Shown one piece after another: positions 28,072 through 38,767 of a stretch of 44,530 bases of DNA (position 1 is its first letter; every line of letters begins with the position of its first letter). The stretch is from the NCBI GenBank assembly GCA_000320545.1, contig ADNK01002348.1, forward strand, positions 1-44,530, read 5' to 3'. Below the pieces are notes generated by a model, which was given only the letters and a program-made list of their open reading frames with translations, was not told the DNA's origin and did no database searches. Origin of the DNA: Bigelowiella natans CCMP2755 (taxonomy: Eukaryota > Protista > Cercozoa). The translations under genes and the position numbers were made by a program.

Positions 28072-29789
28072 GTATAATTCACAGTCATCGCTACCACACC
28101 ACCTTGCCCTTCTTCCGGGGGTCCCACAAGCATACTGTCTTGTCTGTATGGCCGGTGGCGATCAGATTGCTGCCCAATCCGAACGATATCGAGGTTGCAG
28201 CGGCCTATATGCATTGTGTACAACGGTGAGGATGATGCAAACGGTGCGGAGAAAGTATCGATTGGTTGGGTTCATCAGCGCTATCACTTATAATACTGCG
28301 GTGCCAGCACCAAGCTAACACTACCCAGCATCACTACAACCATAGCTTCTAGTACCTGGCCGGGGAGCGTAAGGGAGTTAACGCCTGTCTTCACATCCCA
28401 CATCCTCACCTGACGATCGAATCCACAAGCATATACGACAAATGGGTGCGGCCAGCAGATGCCGAGGACGGGCCCCATGGCTCCTGAGATCAGAACACAA
28501 AACAATCGTGAATGAAGATAAACAACCTTATAGCAGCCATATGAATACATAGTGCATAGTAGCGAGTTATAGTAACTGCGCCACAGACTTCGTGTGAAAA
28601 TAACCAGAACTCTACTATTTCCACATGTGTCCAACAACAGTACCTTCTAGTCGAGTGGAAGGCTCGTCGACAACGTATTTAGCTGTTGTGTCCGTGGTCG
28701 TTCCAGTCTCTGTGCGCCTCTTTTTGGAGGGGGCGGCAGCAGCATCCGCAGTGCTTTCTTTCCTCTCCTCGTCGTCATTATCGTCGAGCCCGGGCAGTTT
28801 CCAGATCAAAATTTGCCTTTGGAAAAGGATACGAAAGCTTACGAAAAGGCCCGACAACATGTTAATTTATAGATAGTGTGATCTCCTCTGATATATATTT
28901 CCGCAACACCTGTCAAATCCGCTCGAAACAAGACGATCGCGCTGAGGTGTGGGAATGACGGCAAGGCACTCTACAGAGGACGTGTGGGACTTGAGGAGGC
29001 AGAGAGGATCTAATACGCCGTCACCATCGTCGCCTAGCAAATGTTAGCACGGATATTTAGCCCAATGCTCAATGTAGGTGAGCGGGACATATTAGAAGTC
29101 CTGGACTTGAGGAGAATAGTTAAAATAAATTTAAAAAAAAAAGGAGATGGCTGAAAAACACCGATAATTTCCGTCTTGCCATGGGAAGGCTTTGGACGAG
29201 AATTTCCGGTGTGTTTCCGCTGTAGTTGTCGCAGTAATCGATGATTTCTCGTCGTATACATTTTTTATGATTAGTAGCGCAGACATGCTCTTCCGACTAC
29301 ACCTGATGAAGAGTTCCGTGTATGCTTCCATATTCGCACGGTTTGGTCTTGGGAACCGCTTGCAACGAAGAGACGTTGTTGCTGGTGCGTGCTGTTCTTA
29401 TCGCTCGTGTGCGTGTGGAAGGCGTGGACTGCCTTGATGGGCTTGCTATGCGCGGCTGCCAATGCAACCTGAAGAGCGTATATGCAGTAAAATTTAGAAT
29501 TCTCTCCCCTCCCCTTTGTTTTTTTTATCTCTGTCTCTTCTTCCATCCCGTCGGCACAATACTCTCCGGTTCCTACTCCTTCGTTACCAACCTGAGCATC
29601 TGGTGGCCGCTTAAATGCGTCTCGAGCAGGTTTGGTATAGACCCTAACGCAGCCATCATAGCATCCACTGGCTAGGGCATACGGAGGGGGGGGGAGTCCA
29701 TCAAGAGCGGTGGAGCAGTGCAGTGCTGAAACCTGTGATATTGTGTACATTTGGGAAAGCATATAACACACATTAGTTTTATATATTAA

Positions 29790-29834
<45 letters not shown>

Positions 29835-30915
29835 CAGCTAAGCCCCGAACATGTCCATCGCAACCTCCATACAATCAGATCTTCTTCTTCTTCTTCTTCT
29901 TCTTCTTCTTCTTCTTCTTCTTCTTCTTCTTCTTCTTCTTCTTCTTCTTCTTCTTCTTCTTCTTTATTTTCTTCTTCAATTATCGTGAACAAGACATCAT
30001 TCCTACCCAGTCTGGGTGAGTCGCTATTGGCCCCTTATTTGGCGGCGGCATTGATTCTGTGTACTCAAGCACGAGCACCTTCTCAAGGCTAAACGGAGAA
30101 GAGGACGATCCTGATGGTGATGAGAATGAACGAAAATTCACTAGCGGAAAAGCGAAGGCGTCGACATAGGAAGAATGAAGGACGGAAACGAGTACAGCAT
30201 CTAGTATACGTTCCATCATTTTTCTGAGTCTACAGAATACTAAAATAAAGCTACACTTCGCTTTGCGCGTCGTGCTTCATTTTGTTTGGTCCATTCTTTT
30301 TTCATATCGTTCGAAGTTAACTACCATCAGCAGTAGAGGCAGCTCCAGAACTTAAACGTGACTTTGCATACGCCGCAAGTGTGCCGCGTAAGAACTCCCC
30401 TGACGATTGATTATGTCAGTTGTATTCATGAAATCGAATAGTAATGTTCAGAGTAATACATACCGTCGATAAGGAAGTCAAACTTGCGCCCTTTCATTGC
30501 CAAATCTTTCTTGTCTTCTTCTTCTTCTTGGTCTTCCATGTCCTCATCTTCACCCCCCTTCCCATTTCAAACATTTTCAGTTCAAACGTTGATGATTGAG
30601 GCGAAAACAGGAGGGAGAAATAGTCTCTTGTGTTGTATCTATCAGAAATGCTAAACTAAAGGACTTCTCTCGATATACCCCAACCTAATCTCCTATCTTC
30701 TTACATATAAAAAAATTGTCTTTCTGGCTAGTTCCTACAGCTTGCTCCCAAGCACCCAATACTTCCATGGGACTTACCCCTGCAAGAGCATTTACGATCT
30801 CGGATAGTCCCTTGGTGTTGAGCTTCAGTGGAACTGAAATCGGCTCCCCCGGGACCTCAACCTGCGAGTCCCTGGTCATGAATCGCACTTGAATGTCGCC
30901 AGCTTCGTCGATCAT
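27578..30915 (-). CDS. WDR12: Ribosome biogenesis protein WDR12/YTM1 (NLE domain plus WD40 repeats), multi-exon
   Basis: N-terminal NLE domain (QVRFMT...VPLKLNTKGLSEIVNAL, FDFLIDG, EKVLVLEY...PP...HPDWVS), followed by WD repeats SGCYDGCVRVY, ASGSQDQTVRIW, ACGFDRQVRMWD, SSHKGFVTDVSW...ASTSHDGTLKVWDAR and ATGGSDNRI...FK*. Confidence 0.92.
29795..29964. repeat. (TA)n and long (CTT)n microsatellites in a WDR12 intron
   Basis: Read directly from the sequence. Confidence 0.95.
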
Positions 30916-31369
30916 CTTCCCTCCTCCTACCGGTCGCAACACATTTTCTGAGCTCTATAGGGGCTTTCAAAAGAAGTCTGCGTATCTAGTTTGAACAGAT
31001 CTACCTTTCGAATCCTCTCTCTCGACCTCCATTATTTCTTGGTAGGCTACGGGGGGGCGCCGCACCGGTCCGCTCGGGGTCAGGCTCTGATTCCGGGGAA
31101 AGCAATTCGTGCCGATTACATCCTACGACAACCCAATTGTCCTTGTCGCAGGAAAGTTCTAACGGTGATTTGAACTGTACGATGTTGTGAAGACGCAGGC
31201 TTAAATTGGCATGCATTTTCTCCCTAAAACAAGCCAAACTAGGAGAGCGAATTTTCGATAACGGCGTCTCGGAATGGGAGTCACAACCAAACCCGGAGCG
31301 ATGAAGGAGCAAGACTCGTGACAGCGGCGTGGCAGGCCAGGGATCTCGTCTGAGAACCTGTTGGATAGG

Positions 31370-33469
31370 ATGGAGGAGGAAGAAGATAGTGTGGATGATG
31401 TCAATCATGGTGCTAAACCACCGTTTTTGGTGCTTCAATGTGTAGAATCGTGCACAACGCCAACGTCATCTTCTGCTTGCCGACGTCCAATCGAAATGTT
31501 TATGAATTTAGATTTGAAGAGGAGCAAATGCGCGCATTGGCATGTCTTCTTTTTGTTTGGAGCCATTGTTTGGATCTACACACATAGCTCCGAAATTGAG
31601 ACGCTCAGTTCTCCAGACAGCCGTATGCAACATATCATAGCTAACTGCATGAATGCTACAGCTGTATTTGAATCCTTTTGTTGTGATGTCTCAAAAGATC
31701 AAGAACAGCCGCCACCAGTGCAAGTGAGCTGTGAATCAAGCCATTTGGAAAAGGGGATCAACTTCTCGGACGAATCAAGACTAGTAATCTCAACTTTGGT
31801 GTTTGAAGACAGAGAGTACGTCGACATGTACTTCGATAACATTCTATCCTACACAAGGTAGAATTACGTCTTAGCCATCTATTGAGAGGGACTGTCCTGG
31901 ATTCACGCTGCGAAAACCCTATGTTTTGGATACCATACTCTTTCGGATCTTAGAGCTTTAAACATGTGCACACGGTATTTACAACATCAAATCTTTGAAT
32001 GGAGACTGCTTTTGATCGTGGTATAGGAACTCGACACGCGTAATTGCACACCTATCTGCAGCTGCAAATTATTCTGAGGAAGAAGTCAAGCACTTCATAA
32101 GTTATAGCCCAAGGTGATGGTGTTCTCCTTACTCTTCCCCCCCCCCCCTTTCTTCTTCTTCTTCTTCTTCTTCTTCTTCTTCTTTAACTACTAACTCCTT
32201 CTTCTTCTGCTGGCTGCAAATGCTCTACTTCTACGACTTCAAATTAATATGTTGATGCTGGTACTCCTAACAATTCATACTATTGTAGTGATCATGTGCT
32301 TTGAATATGGATATCGTATAAAACACCATTAATTACTAGCATCCTTGTGAATTGTAGAAGATATTACACACACGAATGGCAAGGCTCACTCGCACACGCG
32401 CATCTTCGGAACGTACAGTGGCTATCTACAAATATAGGGTACACTTGGACAATACGTAGCAAATCATTAGCAGAACAAGTGTAGCAGATGTTAGAATCGA
32501 CATAGAAAAACATCTTCGCTCGGGGCTAATATGATGGAGAATCATAAGTATGAACACGAGCTGTGTGGGTTTGCCAGGCTGCAATTTGCCCACCTGATGC
32601 TTCTTGCATCCAACTCGTGGCTCGTCAGATTTGGAGTGGAGGATTATATTCGAAACCATAATGTCAGCACAAGGTAACCGCGCGAAACACATGATGTACA
32701 CATGCTCCCTAATGTAATAAAACACACACCCTAATACAATACACACACACATTCTCACACATAGGCGTTGCAGCAATCCTGTTAGTGCGGAGGAAGAAGA
32801 TATCGAAGATTATGGACGATTTTGTTACAGAGTTGATGAGGATTCATTCGACCATTCCTTCCAGGAGTAAACCTTCCTTGCTCAAAAGCCATTTTCGCTC
32901 GCATGCTTTCTATCACGTTCAGTTGCAATTCATGATCTGTTCCTACCTCAGGGAAAATCCTGATGGTTTCTGCGAACGTATATCACGTGCATGATGACGG
33001 ATACAAATGATGATTGTCACTTCGTGTGATCACTTCAGCATCTGCCGAATAAAAATAAAAAGAACTTTGAACGATATATCTCCAGGACTGAGGAATGGGA
33101 CGCTGAGGAGGAAGAATACTCCAGAATATGGCATTGGAATACCATGCATACGATCATCGCACCCCCGCTCTCAGATGGAACAGAAGTACCTTGGTATCGT
33201 TTGTATCGTCATAACTGAAAGTGTACACTAAAAAAAAAGACCGCGCTTCCCTTTTTACTAGGTTCCACCAAAAGCATGAAGGTACTTTCTATCCATCGAG
33301 AATAATAATCGACTTGGTACGAGATCTTGAAGCAGCTCCACAGCACTGGGACTCCTTCCTTTCTACGAATGCCTACTTGGAGGAAATTATATTCAGTACA
33401 TGGGCCATGCGGCGTCTAAATGCTGAGCATAGGCAAGTGATTTCATTACTTGATAGGAATTCTGGAAAG

Positions 33470-33512
<43 letters not shown>

Positions 33513-33962
33513 TTCAGGGTTGAAATATCATTTATATGATGGGGCTGTATAAAATTTTGCTAAAATTTTGCGCTGATGTGGTCGTGCTATGGTCAGAAAT
33601 GCGGATGGTTTTGGAATAGTTGCATTTACTGGGGGCACTTCAAGGGATCCTACGACAAAATTTGCGACGCCAAATAAGGTACGATTTACGTGGTTTATAT
33701 CTTCGTCTGAGAATAAGAATCACACTCACTCATAACTATCCACGCATCCATGTATTGACAGATTTTAGAAGTACTTCATGCGTACGAAGATGTATTTGGA
33801 ATCAAGCCTGTAAATAGACATCTCGACGAAGAAGGCGCAAAGCGGTATATTCAAGGAGAACTTCACCAAAATGCTACTAAGGCACAGGCTAAGATGTCAC
33901 GCAATGATCAGAATTACGGCGAATTGCCGAATCTTGTGTTCAATGGGAAAGTCGTACAATGA
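31370..33962 (+). CDS. Type II membrane protein, putative glycosyltransferase (distant GT14/Branch-like), about 9 exons; start could alternatively be ATG 31496
   Basis: A TM segment (WHVFFLFGAIVWIY) and stem precede spliced LVISTLVFED...NILSYTRNSTRVIAHLS...ILVNCRRYYTHEWQGSLAHAHLRN...FAHLMLLASNSWLVRFGVEDYI...HEGTFY...YLEEIIFSTW...FGIKPVNR. The family call comes from recalled motif order only. Confidence 0.55.
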
Positions 33963-34414
33963 GCATCGCTATACTCTTGCTCTGATACTTGTCATACTTG
34001 AACGGTGTTGCTCTACGTTAACCGCCGATGCACTAGATGCATTTGTGCAGCGAAGTTGTAGTCACGTCACATTTGTGATGAATCGAATGTACATGCAGAT
34101 ATGACATGTTACGTTGCAAGTACTTGCGCAGACAAACCTACACAAATTTGATAAATCACGTGCGAACATGCAAAGAGCATACTGACTAGTAGCAAAAATA
34201 AATCCAGCAATCCAGCAATCCATCACTTCAAATGACGTGCTCGACTATACGACGAGGCGGAAGCTGCAGCCTGCAGTTTGCACAATGCGCATGCTAGCAT
34301 GTGGATAAATCATCCAATGCACTGCGAGTGTGTGCAACATGTGCAGGTGCATCACACATAACTAGATAAGAGTAAGTATCATGTGTGCATATATGTACAT
34401 ACGTACACAATATA

Positions 34415-34456
<42 letters not shown>

Positions 34457-35377
34457 TATTATCACGCAGGCAAAATTTTCTCAACGGGAGTTTAGTTTAA
34501 TATAAGGATAATTTAATCATAAAGACGACACGTACGTACACATTTGTAACGCCACATTGCGATAAGACTAATGATGAATATTTGTACTTCGTCAGCATCA
34601 GCTGGCTCCCCTTGCGCATCCCTGTTGGTCTCCAGATGGCATCGTTGAGTGCAACTCTTCACAGTCGTGGCGAATAGGGAAGGTGAGGGGGGTGGGGAGG
34701 GGGTAGCATGACTGCCATGATGATGGAGTGATCGGAGAGTGAGGTATAAAATCGTAAAGCACGAGAAGACACAAACCAAAGTGGCTAGTGACAGCAGCAA
34801 AGCTGAAAGTCGGCGAGTTCGGTAAATAATATACACAAATAGAGGCCGAAATTTTATTGGAGAACTTTTGCGTGCTCAGCTTGAGGTCCGAGGTATTCTC
34901 CGCTTCCTTTAAAACCAACCGCCATAGATCCAGCTCCGCAACTCTAACACGCCCGTTTGAGAGAAGCCAGTCCTCCAGTGTCATAGTTGTACTTCACACA
35001 GGTATATCGATAGTAGAAAGTTTCCCTGTATTACTATGTAGCTGATCACTGATATCTGATACTGTTTCTTCCGATCGTATGCATATTCCTGTCAAGAAAA
35101 GAAGGAAATTCAATATTACACTTTTTGGTGTTTTCAATTATACAGTTGTATATAATTTTCGCTGCGAAGGCTGGAGAAAGAAAGAAAGGGAGGAGAAACA
35201 GGAGTTCGGCTTAGCTTTAGAAAGTTTCTTCCTTCTGAACAAACCTTACAGACGCGCCACTAAGTCGCAACATTTTTTTGAGATTTCTTTTCGAAAGCTG
35301 TCATTTCAATCAAAACCCAAACGCGCAGCCTCCCTGCCCTGACACCTTGGGAAACAAAAAACATAGTAAGCGTCAAC

Positions 35378-37046
35378 ATGGACATCCTCAATCTCACTTT
35401 AGAGGACGGGCTCATGTGTCTGCAGGACGGCAGAGAGAGCAAAGTTAGTGATAGTTCAGAATCATACCCTGGGGCGTGGAAGGGGGGGGGGGGTGTTATC
35501 TCCGAGGACACGAACCAAGACGCCTCTTTTGGTGACCGGCTTGAGAAGGGGCATTTTCCGGCCCCTCTCACCCCACCTCCTCCGGAGCCTCAGTTTCAAC
35601 CACAGCGGCTCAATTTGCTTCTTCAACCAACTTTGCCCAGCCCGCGCTTAGCCGCTGATCCCAAAAAGGGCGTCTCATCAAAGTCCACTGGCATTGCCCA
35701 GGCGGTGAAAGGCGAGGGGGGCATGGAGAAGGAACTTACGAGCCGCAAAATTATTATCTCGAAAAGAAGGCAGAGCTGCGCTTCCTCTGTTTCTAAGTCT
35801 TTACCCATTTTTAGTTGTCGTAGAGAACATATGAAGGCGAATTTGGCTAGAAAATCTCTCTTCGGTCGCACTGTGAAGACAGAGCCCCTTTTGGCCAATT
35901 TTGTACTGCCCTTTTTCCCCTCCTCTCTTGCCGCCGTCCCGAGGAGGGGCTACGGGAGTGGGAGAGGGGACTCTTTGTGCGCTTGCTGCATAGCAGAGGG
36001 AGTGTGGAGGATGGCTGTATCATCGGAGAAGAAAGGGAGAGGACAATTGTGCAAACAACACATTGCGGATCTGGAAAGACGGAATATGGTCTTCGGAAGG
36101 TGTGACTGGCGACGCAGCAATGTTAAGAGATCGATGTTTATTTAGATGTTTATGTTTTTGTTTCACTCAGACGGTGCCTGATAAGGAGGAAGACCCCGAG
36201 GCCGGGCTCTGGAAAGATATTCGAACTGATTTCACCCAGAACGAAGCTTCACAAACGCCTCACATTCGCATGTGGACTAACACAGGTAGCACTGCTCTTT
36301 GTCGTAACCTCCATTTATGCGCATGATGTAATGGGAGCAATTGCTCTTTGTTGCTTGGATAGGTTAACATGATCCGCGTCTATATTTCGCCTAAGAGTGC
36401 CAAGGGCTTTCCGCATTTGAACGAGCTCTACGTTCTATATCCGCGGGACTTAAAGCATTATGACGACCTTGCACGTTCTAGATCCTTCATGCCGTTAACC
36501 GGGATAGATAGCCCTGCATTAGCGTTTACAGCAAGTTGTGGCAGACTGTCCATGTTTGGATTTTTCGGACGAGCAGCCACTCGACCCGGCGCCGTCACTA
36601 CTGCTCTGCACCGAATTGACAAAATCAATGATGTAACTACGGCCTCAACATTCGCCTCTATGAAAGCCAACCCTGATTGTAGAGATGACAACGAACTAGC
36701 TGAGGCGAAGAATCGAGTACTTGCCCAACATCTGAATGTTAGCAATGACCACATAGCGTCGGCGAAGAAATCGCCATTGTTTTTAGAAGCTGCAAAGAAG
36801 GTAAGATTTGTGCACATGGAAAACAACAGCCTTTGGTTTCAGCTTCCAGTAACTAAATCTGAATACAAGATGCTGCTGAAGTTTGGATGCAGGAAAGATT
36901 CAAAGCCATTCGCTGAGAAGAGCGGATTTGCAACCCCACATCAATTGAATAATTCAGCGAGCAAGATCGTTGGCAAAAGAAAGCAGTCCCCGCAGTCACA
37001 ATCGCAGCCTCAGGCCCCATCCTGCAAACGAAGTCGAGCAGTGTGA
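35378..37046 (+). CDS. Hypothetical protein, probable 3 exons (35378-36099, 36171-36285, 36363-37046)
   Basis: Two long ORFs join through phase-consistent GT-AG introns (...RNMVFGR|RCLIRRK...CGLTQ|VNMIRVYISP...). There is a possible CxxC...CxxH motif and a basic C-terminal NLS-like tail. AATAAA lies at 37111-37116. No family recognised. Confidence 0.6.
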
Positions 37047-37426
37047 TGATATAATGACGAAATGAAACAGTTGACAAGAAGAAGAACATCATCCCCCACA
37101 GTTGCAGTTCAATAAATGAGTTGCACCACAAAGTTATAAAGTTGATGTTGTTGAGCAATTGATGTGCGCAGCCTTGTGGCGACAATTGTGATTGATATGC
37201 AGCGAGTGGTGTCACTTATTCATTCGATGCATTTGTGCTGCATTTGCGCAGCGAAGTTGCTGCACAAGTCTGCGTGCGTAGTCACGCCATGCATTCATTC
37301 CCTGACAGTGGACACTCTGCACAGTGACAATGCACATGCACACCGCATTGCGTTGTCCATCACAATGGAACAAAGAGATCCCCAATGCAAACATCACACT
37401 CTGTGACATCACGTTGTCTGTCATCC
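36996..37426 (+). repeat. Left copy of a ~430-bp inverted duplication (last 16 codons and 3' flank of the 35378-37046 gene)
   Basis: Reverse complement of 42399-42822, with 4 substitutions and 4 small indels by manual alignment. Confidence 0.95.
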
Positions 37427-37462
37427 GGCCTGCATGTGCGCTGTGTTGCCCCGTGACAACTA

Positions 37463-38418
37463 AACTGGAACAACTTGATGCGCGCTTTGTGGCAAAGTGC
37501 GCTGCGTGCGTGCAACATCGATCGATGGAATCAACAGCAAACGTCACTTCTTGTGTTCCACGCGTCATTGTGACACACAATGAAGCGTCCTCCATGCTTC
37601 ATTCAGAACGCTGCCCTTTGTTGGCGTGTGAGAAATGCTGGAGTGCCCCGACCAAAACAATTTTGTCTTGACCATCGCCAGTTCATTGCTCGAGACAAAA
37701 ATTGCAAATGCACACATGCGTGCGCACTCGTGCCCGTCTGTGCACGTGCAGCAGGCAGCAACAGTGACAGAATTGCAACAGAACAGCACACACAAGCACA
37801 GTGTGCGTGCTGGCACCTGCATGCTGGCATGTCGATCAATTGCTGCCCGCATGGCAATGGTGGTCGGACATGGAAAAGGAGCATCACAGAGAACCAGAGA
37901 AGGCAGCACGTGCCGCAGCGCGCAAGACAGCGCACCTCGGACATGGCACTGCTCGAACGTGGAGCGACATGGCGAAGTGAAAAGCCACAGCGGAAAACTC
38001 TCTGAAAGTTCCTTGTCGGCTTTTCAGGAAAATCAAAAAGAACCCGTGCTTGTGCAAACACAAACAGGTGAGTTGCTCGAAAGAACCCCGTGGTTGTGCG
38101 AACGTGCACCACCGAGGGCCAATGGCACGCCAGCACACATGTCACGTGTCGTGTCCAGGGAACCAAGTGAAACGATGAAACTCGTCAGGCCAGATCTTGG
38201 AGCTGCAAGCCATGGTGATGACCATGGACAAAGTGCACATTGCACACATTGCGCAGTGTGCATCGTGTGCATCGTGTGCATCATGTGTGTTGCACTTGCA
38301 TGCATGTGTGTCCATTGTGGTGTTCAAACCAGGGGGAAGAACATCGTGACTGATTCAACAAGAGGTGGAGATCCGTTCTGAGATTTCCTGAAAACTGAAA
38401 ATGGATTCCAAATGCAGC
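37463..38418. other. TpA-free tract of about 956 nt, rich in TG/CA with CpG retained
   Basis: A manual scan found no TA dinucleotide between TA at 37461-37462 and TA at 38419-38420. Confidence 0.9.
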
Positions 38419-38767
38419 TAGACTTTCTGAAGGTGGAAAATGGATTTTCTCAGAACAGCATTTCAGTCACTTCCTCATGGGAAACTGGGCTAGTGGGGGA
38501 GGGAAAAACAGATTTTTTTCTCCGGACAAAATTTTCATGGATTTCCTGATTTCCTGGATTTCCAGGATTTCAGGATTTCCAGAATTTCTTTTTTTTTGAA
38601 ACCAAAAAAAAATATATATTTTGAGCAACTTTTTTTACTAAATGTAAAAAAAATATATTTTTTTACTAGATCAATATAAAAAAAATTGGATTTTCTCAAA
38701 AACATCATTTTGCTCCAAATTTCTCTTGATCCACAATCCAAAAGGAGCCAAGACCACAGCTAGACAG

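Noticed and set aside
37164-38381. Stack of overlapping Cys/His/Ala-rich ORFs on both strands (up to 248 aa)
   Set aside because: Loss of TpA removes TAA and TAG stops in all six frames and inflates TGC/CAC/GCA codons. No recognisable motifs. The same applies to ORFs at about 10800-11220, 23000-24000 and 27067-27547.
37463-38418. CpG methylation decay or classical RIP as the cause of the TG/CA excess
   Set aside because: CpG is abundant in the tract, and RIP would raise TpA rather than eliminate it.
38470-38494. Helitron 3' end (hairpin plus CTAG)
   Set aside because: The hairpin stem is only 4-5 bp, and CTAG is a generally surviving TA context in these tracts.
38538-38587. CRISPR-like array
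   Set aside because: The units are 8-10 nt with no spacers, no cas genes, and the context is eukaryotic.
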